A DNA stretch of 62,592 bases, the filler included, from Choristocarpus tenellus KU-1152 (lineage: Eukaryota; Protista; Phaeophyceae), in the NCBI GenBank assembly GCA_964200185.2. It is 16 parts of 16 records of this genome, joined end to end, with 100 filler letters (N's around TTAATTAATTAA, not from the genome) between each part and the next. Parts side by side here need not be neighbours in the genome. Positions count along the whole stretch, not along the records: positions 1 to 8,609 come from CAXNAD020004531.1; positions 8,710 to 13,549 come from CAXNAD020012845.1; 14 more parts are not named here. One strand, written 5' to 3'. How positions within the stretch are numbered: the first letter of the stretch is position 1; every line of letters starts with the position of its first letter. The notes under the pieces are model-generated. The model made no database searches, was not told the DNA's origin, and was given only the letters and a program-made list of their open reading frames with translations. Made by a program: the position numbers and the translations under genes. Below are positions 1 to 11,399 of the stretch, in pieces.

Positions 1-3000
1 AATGACACATCCGCTGGGGCTGAGACGGGTACAGGGGGTATTGGGGGGGGGGAGGAGGGGCAGTTGCATGAACGATAGGGAGATAGAGTGGGGTTAACAT
101 GAAGTAAACAAGTTGGTTAAGGTTGATACATGACTTGTTGAATGAAAAAAAAATTGTGATCCAGAATTTCAGACCAAACCGATTGGTTTTTATCCATCTC
201 ATGTAACAGACACACAGCAGTGACCAGAAACCACTAGGTTCGTTGGCTGCCTTGATTGAAACCCAAGCACTCTCTTCTAGAAAATATTGAGGGGTGGGTT
301 ACATGATAATTCATTACCCCACATGCCAGAGAGAGTCCGGGACAACTTGGAGCATATTATCGACAGAGAAACCATGATTACACTTCCTTCCCACCATGAG
401 AAACAGGGTTTGAGTAGCATTGGTGCACATATTCTAGGCAGTTTCTACTTACTTTTGATTGATTGTGACACAGCATCAGCTCACAATATTTTAACTCAGG
501 AGGATCGATTGCGGTACTCAGAAATTAACTGCTTTTCGGCGTAAAAGGTTCTACAGTTTTGAGTGACAGTAGATATTATAGTTGAGGGTTTGCGAATAAT
601 GGGTTGGGAGTATTTGATTCTCGAGGTTTCAAGTCTTGAGCGGTTACTAAGTTGTGGAGGAGGTGAAGTTTGTACAGTAGCCGGATGTGTGGAGCCGGGA
701 CCAATCCCCAACTCAGAAAAGTTCAAAGGAAGTGATGTTCACAACTCACTGACTTCCAAATGTTGACTTGACATGACAAACCTCACACAGTAAAAGGCAC
801 AGGCAGGAAGTGGTGCAACACATGCAAAATCGTACTTCAAGAGAAATGAAAAAGTACTGCAGTAAAAAGAAAAAAAAAAAAACTTCACCTAGTGCTTCAC
901 ACACCTCCTCTTCCTCTTTCAAGCATGCATTGGAAACACTACAGTCAGAAGCAGCAACTAGTTTGCCCAAACAAAACGAAAAACTCCAACACCAAACCGA
1001 TCAACCAGACCTATGAACATATTATAAGCTTTCTTGTTTTCATATACCCTCCAACTAAACCAATCAACTCGATACAAGTAATCTTAGTTCCCAAACACGA
1101 TAAATCTGTTCGGAAGATATCACAAAGTATGGCCATCACTATACGCAAACCATGCCTGTCCCATAGTATCAGCTACACCAGTAAATCTTCCTCTTCACAT
1201 CTAAACACAACGTGATCCTTAGACCCCCAACATTAGCAATATTATCTACCAAAAATTTTCATATCCCCTCAATAGCTGTACTCACCAATTTCAAGGACCA
1301 GATCAACTGACCATTTGCTGGCGTCCTCACAATGTCTCTCTTATTGTCTACCTGAGTCCCAAAAACAGAGTTTATCAATACTGACCTTGTTTCCTGCTCA
1401 ATACTTGGTGCTAAAGCATTGTGGCACCCCAATGACCCCCCCATCACCAACCCCTCTCAGATGCATGACTTGCCACAATGTTATGAGCACTTCCACTATG
1501 TTTCCCCTTTTTTCGAATTAGACCGAAAATTCTCCTGAGGAACTGAGAAAAGGATAGGAACTGCGTACACTCATCAAGCCTTCCCATCCAACATCTCTGC
1601 CCACACACTGCACAGCACACTATATTGATGTAATCAATACGTAGAGGTGAGGAACCCTAGCTTATGCCCCCTAATACTAATAGACTCTGAGCTGGACATT
1701 CTTTCTCACCTGGCATTCCCACCCACCCCTGGAGTTCAACTTATGATAAGCATAGGGGCTCACCACCCACTGCCCACCTCCCAAACATCTGCCTAGTTGA
1801 TTGGGAGAGAAGAGGACCCTCCTGTGACCTGAGCCCTGCCGATGCCCCCCCCACTGGGCCGCACCTCCACTGGTGGGTCCCGGAGACCGAGCAAAGGCAG
1901 TGCTAGCAACCCTCCGCGCCAGCCCGTCCCTGAGACCACCCCCCTTCACTGCGGCCAGCAGGAAAAGGATAGCCAGAGTACCCGTCGGTGCCGCCCTGGG
2001 ACGAATCTTGAATCCTTCAGGTTTTATCCACACCAACAAGAATTGGGAGGTTCATGAGGGTGTAGAAGTACAAGTGAGAGAGAGTAGAGAGAAGGTCCTG
2101 AGAACTGGTAGGTGTGAGGGGTATATCAGGTCTTGACCGTTCAATAAAAGGTACCCCATATTTTGGGTTCAGACTTGGATGCGCACATCGTACCGGGAGC
2201 AAAACCACAACAAGAAATGACCTTAGATGCACACCATGCTCCAAGGATTGAGGGTGTAGAGATGTAGTGAACACTTGACCAGGTATGGGGTGGGAAAGCT
2301 CTTTCAAGACATCATTGCCTGCATTTACCATGTTTGAACAAGATCAAACTTTATAATTGTAGAGGCTTCCACACGACAGTTTTTGTGGCGCACAAGACTT
2401 GTCCCATAAGGTTGTCTCCTGTACGGCACGCAATCTTGAACCCTAATTTAAACTTTGGTACAAAAAATCAAATCTCAAATCCTTGGTTGACAACACGCCC
2501 TGCCGAGCGACAAACAACGTTCCAAACAGCTTTTCCTTCATCATTTCCACGCGGTGATTTGACGTTTCCTTCGAAAAGATCCAGTGAGGACTTGCAATGG
2601 TAAATCCGGGCGGGGACAGGTCCTAGGACAGCCACGCGAAAGGTAACGAAATCGAAACACATGCCATGCAACCCTTGCACCCCTCCGTCAGGGAACAAAT
2701 GTGAGAGACGGTTGGCATGCAATATGTGACTTGTCCACAGTGAACCAAGATCCACCAGAGCCTTTCTCTTCTACTGTGGCTTCGCTCCAGAGCTACATCG
2801 TGTATACAAGGAGGACGGTACGAAGCCACCATCAAAAATCCCCACCTGTGGCGGCTTCGCCGCCGAAGAGTTGGGAAATCGATCCAGTCTGCCGGCTACA
2901 CCGCAATGGCGTCCGTACTATACAATTGCACCCAACAGCGGTATCGTAAACTTCTTGTTTCCACCTCGACTTCCACTCCTCCCGTCTCGAGCCAGCAAGC

Positions 3001-3377
3001 CAAGACAACAGGATGGCGTTTTACAAGTTCTTAAACATGATACCACAGTACGCGCGAGTGATCGCGCGAAAAAGGTCCATCAAACCCGTGTTCATCCTTC
3101 TTCCTGAACGGGTAACGAACCTTCTGCAATATAAACTTAGCAGATTTGAATGCCCATGGACGCGACGGTCAGACTCCTTTTCACGTTTATCTCGCAACGG
3201 TTTTGGACTATCCAATACCACGTCACAAGCACAAAGGGATATACGCCTTGTACTATATCCTGTCTGTGCCTATAACCACAAAAACGTCAAGTCAAGATTG
3301 AGGGGGAAAAGTCGAGGAGGTTTAGTAGTTAATGTTCAACTCTAGATAAGAAATTGAAAATGATGTCGGAGATATAG

Positions 3378-4271
3378 ACCGTGGTGGTAGGCCCTACTGT
3401 CTTAAACATGCGCAAGATCTTGCTGGACACAAATACTGTGGCCATGCAATATGTGCAGCTAGAGTGTGTCTCAGAAATGAGTTTTGCCAACTGCTATGAG
3501 TAGTGAGTGACTGTGTTCAATCAATGGAAAGTGAGTGTTAAGTCTTATTTGCTCATGCTGATAATACCTTCAAACCTGCAGGTGAGATCAATTGGATTTT
3601 ACGGAGTGCATCCACATCCTATTGCACACATCATATGTTACTCCACTTTCCAGCGCTGTCTTAAAAATAAAAAGTACATTTGAGGGTTGCGATGGGATGC
3701 TCCACGAAAGTCTTCTATCCTCTGTGTAAAATAACCATTTTCGCGTAAAAGCAATCTTACTCCAACCAAGGTTTCCATGTGTTCTTACTAAATTCTAATA
3801 TCGATCAGGAGAAGTAGCAACAAACTGGAGGGATCACTAAGTCCTGGTCCAACCGTTGTAGTCACACCTCTCCCTCCTATCCAACCCTCACACATCCAAA
3901 CACATCGTGCATCCTCACATAAAACACGCATTCACCTGTCAAGACCAACACCAACAAGAGAGCAGGTGTTCAGGACGAACCTATCAAATGCACAAAAAAA
4001 GAGAAACACATCTTGGTAACCTCAATCCCCTGTAATGAATTAACCCTCTCTATTCTCCCGCTCTGCCTGGTGCCTCCCCACCAAATGAATAAAAAGGCAA
4101 ACGCCAATCTGTGTACTCTCTTGAAAAGAGGACACAACAAAAAGAAAATCCCTCTCTTTACTACTGACTAGAATACATGTACTCTATGTATCAATATCCC
4201 TCGGGCTGTCACCAGTTTGCCAAACCCTGGAAGAAATCAGCCTCACTTTGCCCATCCATCGCTGACATGAA
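3378..4271 (-). CDS. Internal exons of an unknown multi-exon protein-coding gene
   Basis: Three GT-AG-bounded, phase-compatible exons (~4213-4271, ~3936-3980, ~3378-3420) splice to FMSAMDGQSEADFFQGLANWFVLNTCSLVGVGLDSKILRMFKTVGPTTT. No family recognised. Confidence 0.45.
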
Positions 4272-5517
4272 CTGCCCGGACATCACATTCCAAGTCAATA
4301 CAACAATAACACCAGCGTAAGACCAGGAAGGGGGAAAGTGAAGGTGAGGAAGTAACATTTCAAGCATATACAATGAAATAATCCATATTGAACATAACAA
4401 CATTGCAAGGTCAACACAGAATATCCTCAGGAATGCCAAATAGTGACCCTTTAGAGAGTACAGCAAATGTATACATACATGTAAAAATCGAATTAGCTCC
4501 ACTGTGCCAAGCGCTCCTGTGGGGGCATATAAATCACAAAACGATACAGCAGTCAACTGAGAGACACCATGCCCCCAACACCTTCATTAGAAGTGTATTA
4601 CTGTGTACATACATAGAGTATATGTATAGATCAACAACCAACCACCCATCAACTATTCGTAACTCTAAATATACTCACTCAGGTTAGTACTTTTGCTTTT
4701 ATGGGGCCAATCATCAAATCATACCTCAAAGGAGATTCGAGAGTTACAAACAATCTGAACAGGAGACCTGGAATCACAACCCCATTCAAACAATTAATAC
4801 TCTGTAGTAGACCATTACTTCAGGCCTTTTTCACTCGTTGATTGTGATTTGGAGATTTTTAAAAAAGTATCAAAACAGAAAAATAAACATCCCGTTCACC
4901 CCCCAAGAACTACGGGCAGGGTCTCGTGATATATCAAATCATATGTGCTCTAACAAACACACATAAACAAGGTCGCCTCTTATGGGGGAGGAGAATGACG
5001 TCGCCAAAAACCGCAAATATCCTCATATGGTGTCACTTTGTTTTAGCTAACCTTGGCTTGTTAGTGTCCTGATCATTGATTTGACATGCGGAGAGCGAGT
5101 GCCTCCACGTGGGTATACAGTCATTGCCAATTCCGACTAGTTGTTCAAAAGCTCAATTTTCTCTTTTGAGACCTGAATATACAACATATAGAAACACCTA
5201 CCTATACATAGCAAACTTCATACAAATATAAAGATTTTATTTATGTACTTCATTGGATAGTTTGCAAAGTACTCCAGATTACATGTTTCTACACAGCATA
5301 TATTCAGGAGCATTAGGAAATTGAGCCTTTGAACAACCAATCAGAATTGACAATGATTGTATGCCCACGTCTAGGTACTTGCTCACCAACGTCATATCAA
5401 AAATCAAAACACCATTCAGTCAAGTATACCCTGAGAGAAATAGCACCATACAAGATCATTTGCAATTTCGGGGACATCATTTTCATGGAATGTAACAGGC
5501 AGCCTAAGTAAACACGT

Positions 5518-5520
<3 letters not shown>

Positions 5521-5553
<33 letters not shown>
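5521..5553. repeat. (CA)n microsatellite
   Basis: Visible CA tract. Confidence 0.95.
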
Positions 5554-5555
<2 letters not shown>

Positions 5556-5904
5556 TATGATAGGGGTCCTTGAACTTTTTATTCAAAAAAAAAATTAATG
5601 CTCTCTCTCTCAAGGAGACATTTAATCCTAGATGGAAAAAAATATAATACATATTCTACACTACTTACCTTGCACATTTATAATAGACTACTAAGGATGC
5701 TCTGCAAACTCTATCATAGTAATTCTATAATGAAAAAAACAATACATATCGGGAGTAAACTGGAAAGTATGTTGGCGCCCAAAGTAACCAAGGTAAGGAT
5801 CACAAGCAGACACAAGAGCAAGGATAGACAGCATGATAGGGGGGATTGGAATAGGCATGGGCAGGGGGCAATAGATACGGCATGATAGGATTGAGTATAG
5901 ACAG

Positions 5905-6648
5905 ACCTTGGGGTCCCCTTGGAACTCCTTGAGTTGGTCCTGGATTAGTTTAACCTCCTCTGGTGAGTAGAACCTGGAACACAACAACAAAACCCCATTG
6001 TCACTGTACAGATTCCTCACGGGGGGGTTACGCTTGACTGAGGGAATGGGAAAACCTTGAACACAAATCAAAATTGAATCTCAACACCCCGTGTTGCAGA
6101 AGAGATGTGTGCGGCAGGAGGGGAGGGGGTGGAAATGTTGATTCGAATCCCCAACACACACACAAAGCGATCAAGAGGGGGCTGCCCAATGCATTTCTTC
6201 CGCAGTCCCCAAAAAAAATGAACAAAAAAAAATCATATGTGAAATCATCACAGTGACACAATCTCAATTTACAGGGGGGGGAAATTCTCGAAACCCACCC
6301 TACCAGAAACATGCATAGGCAGCCCAAGCACATGCAGAGACCAATCACCGCCACAGTCAGCAACAAAGTGAAGACAGCCACAATACACATGGAAACGACA
6401 GCTCATCCCTCCCCTCCAAATAGAGCCAGTTGTGAGAAGCACATCAACTACACCAACAATCGCCACACCAACAATCGCCTCTCCCACCCCCCCACCACCG
6501 CATCGTGCCTGTGCATAACCTCTAGCGGGTTGTCCTCCCACTCTTCAGGGTTGTCCTTTATGTACAGAAGAAAGTCCAAGTCCAAATCGGTGATACCAGC
6601 CCCCTGTTGCAGCGCCTCACCCCCGGCTGGCTCGTACCAGGTGGGGTC
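5905..6648 (-). CDS. Probable upstream exons of the same unknown minus-strand gene
   Basis: Exon ~6520-6648 (DPTWYEPAGGEALQQGAGITDLDLDFLLYIKDNPEEWEDNPLE) and exon ~5906-5972 (FYSPEEVKLIQDQLKEFQGDPK), each flanked by cag/gt. Their phases do not join directly, so an exon is missing or one call is wrong. Confidence 0.4.
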
Positions 6649-7752
6649 TGAGACACCAAGAGCAGGTACAAGAGTGACAAGAAGGCGAACAAGAAAGGTA
6701 GGGGTCTACACCCATCCCCTATCCTGAGCAAACGACATAGGGATGTGAACGTCATGACAGCACAAAACCTCTGTCCCACTACTCAAGTATGTCTCCAGGC
6801 CGGGTCTTAAATTCGGGGGAGGAAGAGAGAAATTCCACGGCCATTAGGCAAAAGGATTGCTTATTAGAGACAAAACTGCATACCAATGGTGGAATGAAGG
6901 CTTCTTATTGGTCAGCTATAGCTCACCTCCCTTGTCCTTACAAAACTACCCTAACCCTAATCCTTAAAACGGGACTATTTCTTTAACAGGAGCATTTTCA
7001 TTGGCCGCCAATTTCACCAATAGTCTCCTCGCCTTCCAAAATATTAGAATTCAGCAGTCGCGATGCTAAGCACTCACTTAACCCTCTAGGCGGAACCAAT
7101 TAAAACTGGCGGAACAATTAAAACTCCACAAAATACTTTCGACAACATTTTCTCTTCTTTTCTTTCATTCATTGTTCACAGAAGGCGCTGCCGACTAAAC
7201 CCTAACCCTATAAGGCATATACATACGACAAGCACTCAACAGGGAAAGTAAACAACAATAAATAATAACAAAAAAAAACCATCAAAGCACTGATTTTCAA
7301 GAGCTTTTCTAGCACGCATCAGGACCTACTAGAAAATAATAATAATAATAACAATAATAATAATGAAAAAAGAGTCTGTGCACACAGCAGCACAGACAGC
7401 ATTATGCTCCAACACACAATTCTCCCTCTCTCGTGGCATCCCACCACATGCATCATGCAACCGTCCACATAAGCACTCACAGCCGTCTACCGCACACATA
7501 AACATAAAAAGCTGTAGCTGAGCTACAAATAAGCCTCTAACTACATTTATCTGTACCTCTGGCGTCTCTGCAGAACACTTACCTTAAGAAACTGCTCAAT
7601 AGGAAAGGTTATATATATACATACGGGGATCAACAATGAAGGCGTCAAAGACCGGGACCCTGCCAGACACCATCAAAAACGAATCGCATTGTGACCCAAC
7701 CATCCCCCCGATTGTCTTCAAAACAAACACTGTCGGGCTACGGGTAGGAGGG

Positions 7753-7936
7753 AAGGGGGGGGGGGGGGGGGGGGGACAAAAGTTTCAATTATCCCCCGCT
7801 TCGCATCAATGTAGCAAAAGGAAAAACCAGAGGGTCCTGCAAAACAGAGATCAAGNNNNNNNNNNGGGGATAGGGGGGGGGGGCGGGAGGTGGGGCCCCC
7901 CCGCCCTGTCGTACCCTCCCCGCTCACCGCGGGGAA

Positions 7937-7992
<56 letters not shown>

Positions 7993-8075
7993 GACAACAG
8001 TTGCAATTATCCACCGCTTCGCATCAATGTAGCAATAGGACAAACCAGAGGTTCCTGCAAACCAGAGATCGAGGG
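7753..8075. repeat. Poly-G tracts with an ~85-bp near-duplicate on either side of a 10-N gap (probable assembly artefact)
   Basis: 7772-7855 resembles 7990-8075, each follows a G homopolymer, and the N gap lies at 7856-7865. Confidence 0.7.
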
Positions 8076-8609
8076 GATCGGTTGGTCATTATGACATCGT
8101 AAGGTATACTGTACCTCCAAAATACATACCCTTGTCAGTTTCTTTCGCAGTCGTCGTTCTGTACCGCCAACTAGACCGAAAACCTAGAAATAAACATATA
8201 ATCCTTAATACGGGGGTGTTCTTAGCTCAGCTGCTCAACTAGAGAGAGGGGGGATACTTTTTCGGAGGTACGACTGCATAGGAGAGCTATTGACAACACA
8301 TAATAAGGAGAGGAGAACAGTGAAGCGATGGGTAGAGAGGAAACCACATAGGCAGGGGTGGGTACAACCACAGCCCTGAACACAGCACTGGACCGAGTTC
8401 CCACGAAGGACTAACCCCTTATCGATGTGGGTAGCAACCAACACTTGCTCCGGAAAAGAGAGATTCACAATCCATCATACGCTCCTCCATCAAGAGAATC
8501 TTCAGGGGAGTGGGTTCCTTTGAAACGCAAAAAAGGAGGGGGGGGGGGGGGGGGCAAGAGAGCCCGCTCTCGCAGCACCCCCCAGACTTTAACGCGGCCG
8601 CGGGACGGG

Positions 8610-8709
8610 NNNNNNNNNNNNNNNNNNNNNNNNNNNNNNNNNNNNNNNNNNNNTTAATTAATTAANNNNNNNNNNNNNNNNNNNNNNNNNNNNNNNNNNN
8701 NNNNNNNNN
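8610..8709. other. Artificial contig spacer N44-TTAATTAATTAA-N44 (first of 15)
   Basis: The same 100-nt spacer starts at 8610, 13550, 16407, 19296, 23111, 27504, 30524, 33743, 37956, 40826, 43850, 47628, 50582, 57166 and 59815. The 12-mer gives stops in all six frames. Confidence 0.99.
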
Positions 8710-9021
8710 CCCCACCCTGTCAGGTACGCTGATCTGCATTTATATATTTTCTCGGGCAAGTTGTTGGACTTGTATCACATTGCAGTGGGCGAACAGGGCA
8801 AGGGGTAGGTGGGAAGCGGTCGCGGGACACACGCGGCAGGCAGTAGTGAGCAACATGTTGCTGTCGACAGAAAGACCACGAGGGATAAAAATGATCAAAA
8901 GCGAAAAGGTCAACAATGGGCTGACTGACGATGAACCAAACAAAGGAAACTCGGTAACAACTTGGTAGATCAGAAGAGTCATCAGGTGATCATGGAATAA
9001 CGACAACACTCCATCACCCAC

Positions 9022-9460
9022 CGTTGGCAATTAGCCTCTCTTCTGCTTGGTTGAACTCCATGTAGACACGCATCATGAAAGCACGTTCGGGATCGAACTC
9101 TCTCTTCAGCACTGTTATTCTATGGTTTCCGTCCAGTGTTCGTCCTTGAATGGCAAGCGCGGTTTCGACGGTGAGCTGGTCCCCATTACCTAAAGAGTCT
9201 CGCTGGATTACCACAGATGGAGCAAACTGCTCCAGTCAGCCTTTCTCGTGGATAGACTTGCTGACGCGCGCAAGGCCACGCTCGCTCAGGGGACGCACCA
9301 TCTCCGTGCATGTGATGTTGCCAAGTTTCATCCGGTACGTGCCGAGGTAGAGATGTTCTAGGAGCGAGGACATGCCCTTCAGATCGCTGTCCCACGTTCT
9401 CAATCCGTGGGCAGCGCCATCGGCGGGCGGGTGGGTTATTGTTGAGCGAATGCTGGACAT
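9022..9460 (-). pseudogene. First exon of a ParB/Sulfiredoxin-like domain gene with one in-frame stop
   Basis: ORFs 9236-9655 and 9014-9214 are in the same frame across TGA 9236-9238: MVRPLSERGLARVSKSIHEKG*LEQFAPSVVIQ...RTLDGNHRITVLKREF. This fits the ParB-N pattern R..L...SI...G.L.P..V...DG.HR. ATG at 9460 in an accATG context; donor G|gtgggt at 9022. Confidence 0.7.
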
Positions 9461-9581
9461 GGTGAAGGTTGGGAGGGTGTGACGGGGATCGGTAAATAAC
9501 ATGTACGCGTGGTATGTACTCAAAGGAACGAATTGAAATGAGGACTGAGGGATGGGAGGTGCTGCTTTATTTAATCTGGTC

Positions 9582-10050
9582 ATTCGATCCTCAAAACTCA
9601 GATATGTCTTTCCCTTGACAATTGTGTTATAAAAAATACGAATATCGAACAGCATACGATTTCATATTGGAAAGAGTCAGAGAGTAGCAGTTTTTTGTGA
9701 CCTTTTCGTTTCGTACCTTTCAAACGTATTGGTTCAATGAAGGATGTGGTTTGTAATTGTCTTTGTTGATGTAAAGACTAGAATATTATTATTATTTCGG
9801 TGCTGCTTTATTTCATCTGTTCGTTCGGTCCTCAAAACTCAGATTTGTCTTTCCCTTGACAATTGTGTTATAAAAAATACGAATATCGAACAGCATACGA
9901 TTTTATATTGGAAAGATACAGAGAGTAACAGTTTTTTGTGACCTTTTCGTTTCGTACCTTTTAAACGTATTGGAACGTATTGGATCAATGAAGGATGTGG
10001 TTTGAATCTGTATTTGTTGATGTAAAGATTAGAATATCATTCTAATTTCG
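9582..10050. repeat. Tandem direct duplication, ~240-bp unit x2
   Basis: 9582-9799 resembles 9823-10050 (cctcaaaactcagat...aaatacgaatatcgaacagcatacg...ttgatgtaaaga). Confidence 0.9.
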
Positions 10051-10326
10051 TAAAAACCCTAACGCACGTGTTTTGGGTGTTCGACTGTAAACGCGATCCG
10101 GACGGATCTTTAATACCATAAATCCGCTTTTTTGTGGTCTCTAGTGTTTATTTAATTACTAAATCCGCTTCTTGGCGTCTTTAGTATTTAAATAAATTAT
10201 GGGTACCAGTTGGAAGTGTCCTTTTAGTTTCTGAAAATTGGAAACGTGTGAGACCCATAAAGTGTGTTCTTGGTATTTTCAAAAACTGTAAGAACGGTTA
10301 TTACTGGATTTACTATTTGTAAAAAT

Positions 10327-10585
10327 GAGCGAAAGTATCTTAGAGGGTAGAACCGCGTCCATTTGTTGCCCAAAATCCAATGTAGCGATTTTGATGTAAT
10401 TTTGGCTATTGTGTTCGTTAGGAAGTGTCAATATCCATGTTCTGGACAAACCTTTTCATAACGTATACATTTTACCTACCCTAAGCATTTTGAAATAGGA
10501 AAATGTCACAAAAAAAAACTATGGGAAGCCAAGCCCCAAATGGACAAACAGAGCAAAACTTGTACCCTCTAAGATACTTTCACTC
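10327..10585 (+). mobile_element. MITE family A (Sola-like), 259 bp, full length
   Basis: TIR GAG(C/T)GAAAGTATCTTAGAGGGTA at both ends; 4-bp TSD AAAT at 10323-10326 and 10586-10589. Confidence 0.9.
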
Positions 10586-10669
10586 AAATTCTAACGCAAG
10601 TGTTTAGGGTGTTCACGAGTAAAATCGATCCGATCGGATCACTTTTACTCAAAGAACCACTTTGTGTCG

Positions 10670-11326
10670 CCTCTACAATTTACAAGAATCTAAATGTCCA
10701 ATTTGGTAAGATTTTGTACTTCAAAAATGTAGAGAGTGCTAGATATTTTTTGACGTTTTGGTTACTGAACATTGGAAACATAAAAGATGAATGAAGTATG
10801 TGCTTTGTATTTTAAGCAATTTGTAAGTACGGATATAATCGGATTTACAACTTCCTAAAAACGTAATACACGGATTTTCAGGATCATGGATCTCAGGGTG
10901 GTCTCACGGATAGCCCAGAGCTCAAACAAAGTTCGTTTCGGAACGTTGGAAACGTACAAGATCAATGAAGTATGTGCTTTGTATTTAAAAAAAATTGTAA
11001 GTACGATATAATCTTATTTACAACTTCCAAAAAGTGTAACGCATGGATTTTCAGGATCATGGATCTCAAGATGGCCTCTACAATTTACAAGAATCCAAAT
11101 GTCCAATTTGGTAAGATTTTGTACTTCAGAAATGTAGAGGGTGCTAGTTGTTTTTTGACGTCATTGGAAACGTACAAGATAAATGAAGTATGTGCTTTGT
11201 ATTTTAAGCAATTTGTAAGTACGGATATAATCGGATTTACAACTTCCTAAAAACGTTATACACGGATTTTCAGGATCATGGATCTCAGGGTGGTCCCACG
11301 GATAGCCCAGAGCTCAAACAAAGTTC
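10670..11326. repeat. Nested direct repeats upstream of the transposase ATG
   Basis: ~125-bp unit (ttggaaac...aatgaagtatgtgctttgtattt...ggattttcaggatcatggatctca) at ~10771, ~10947 and ~11164; longer block 10670-10925 resembles 11075-11326. Confidence 0.85.
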
Positions 11327-11399
11327 ATACGCCCACCGTCGAATCTAATCACTCCTAGATCTTCTCACTGCCCAAGACCGCCTGTTGCCCGAAAACACC

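Noticed and set aside
1640-2140. GC-richer C-rich block with overlapping ORFs, possibly a retroelement fragment
   Set aside because: No recognisable motif in the frames examined
7636-8094. Poly-Gly / poly-Pro ORFs
   Set aside because: They arise from G homopolymers around an N gap with duplicated flanks, i.e. low-quality assembly
8654-8665. Recurrent palindrome TTAATTAATTAA as a biological repeat or CRISPR-like array
   Set aside because: Always centred in exactly 44+44 Ns; it is a six-frame-stop contig linker
9236-9238. TGA read as Trp or Sec (also at 28493-28495)
   Set aside because: The same elements carry other stops and frameshifts, and TGA appears to terminate the SKL exon at 17057-17059; simple TGG-to-TGA decay is enough
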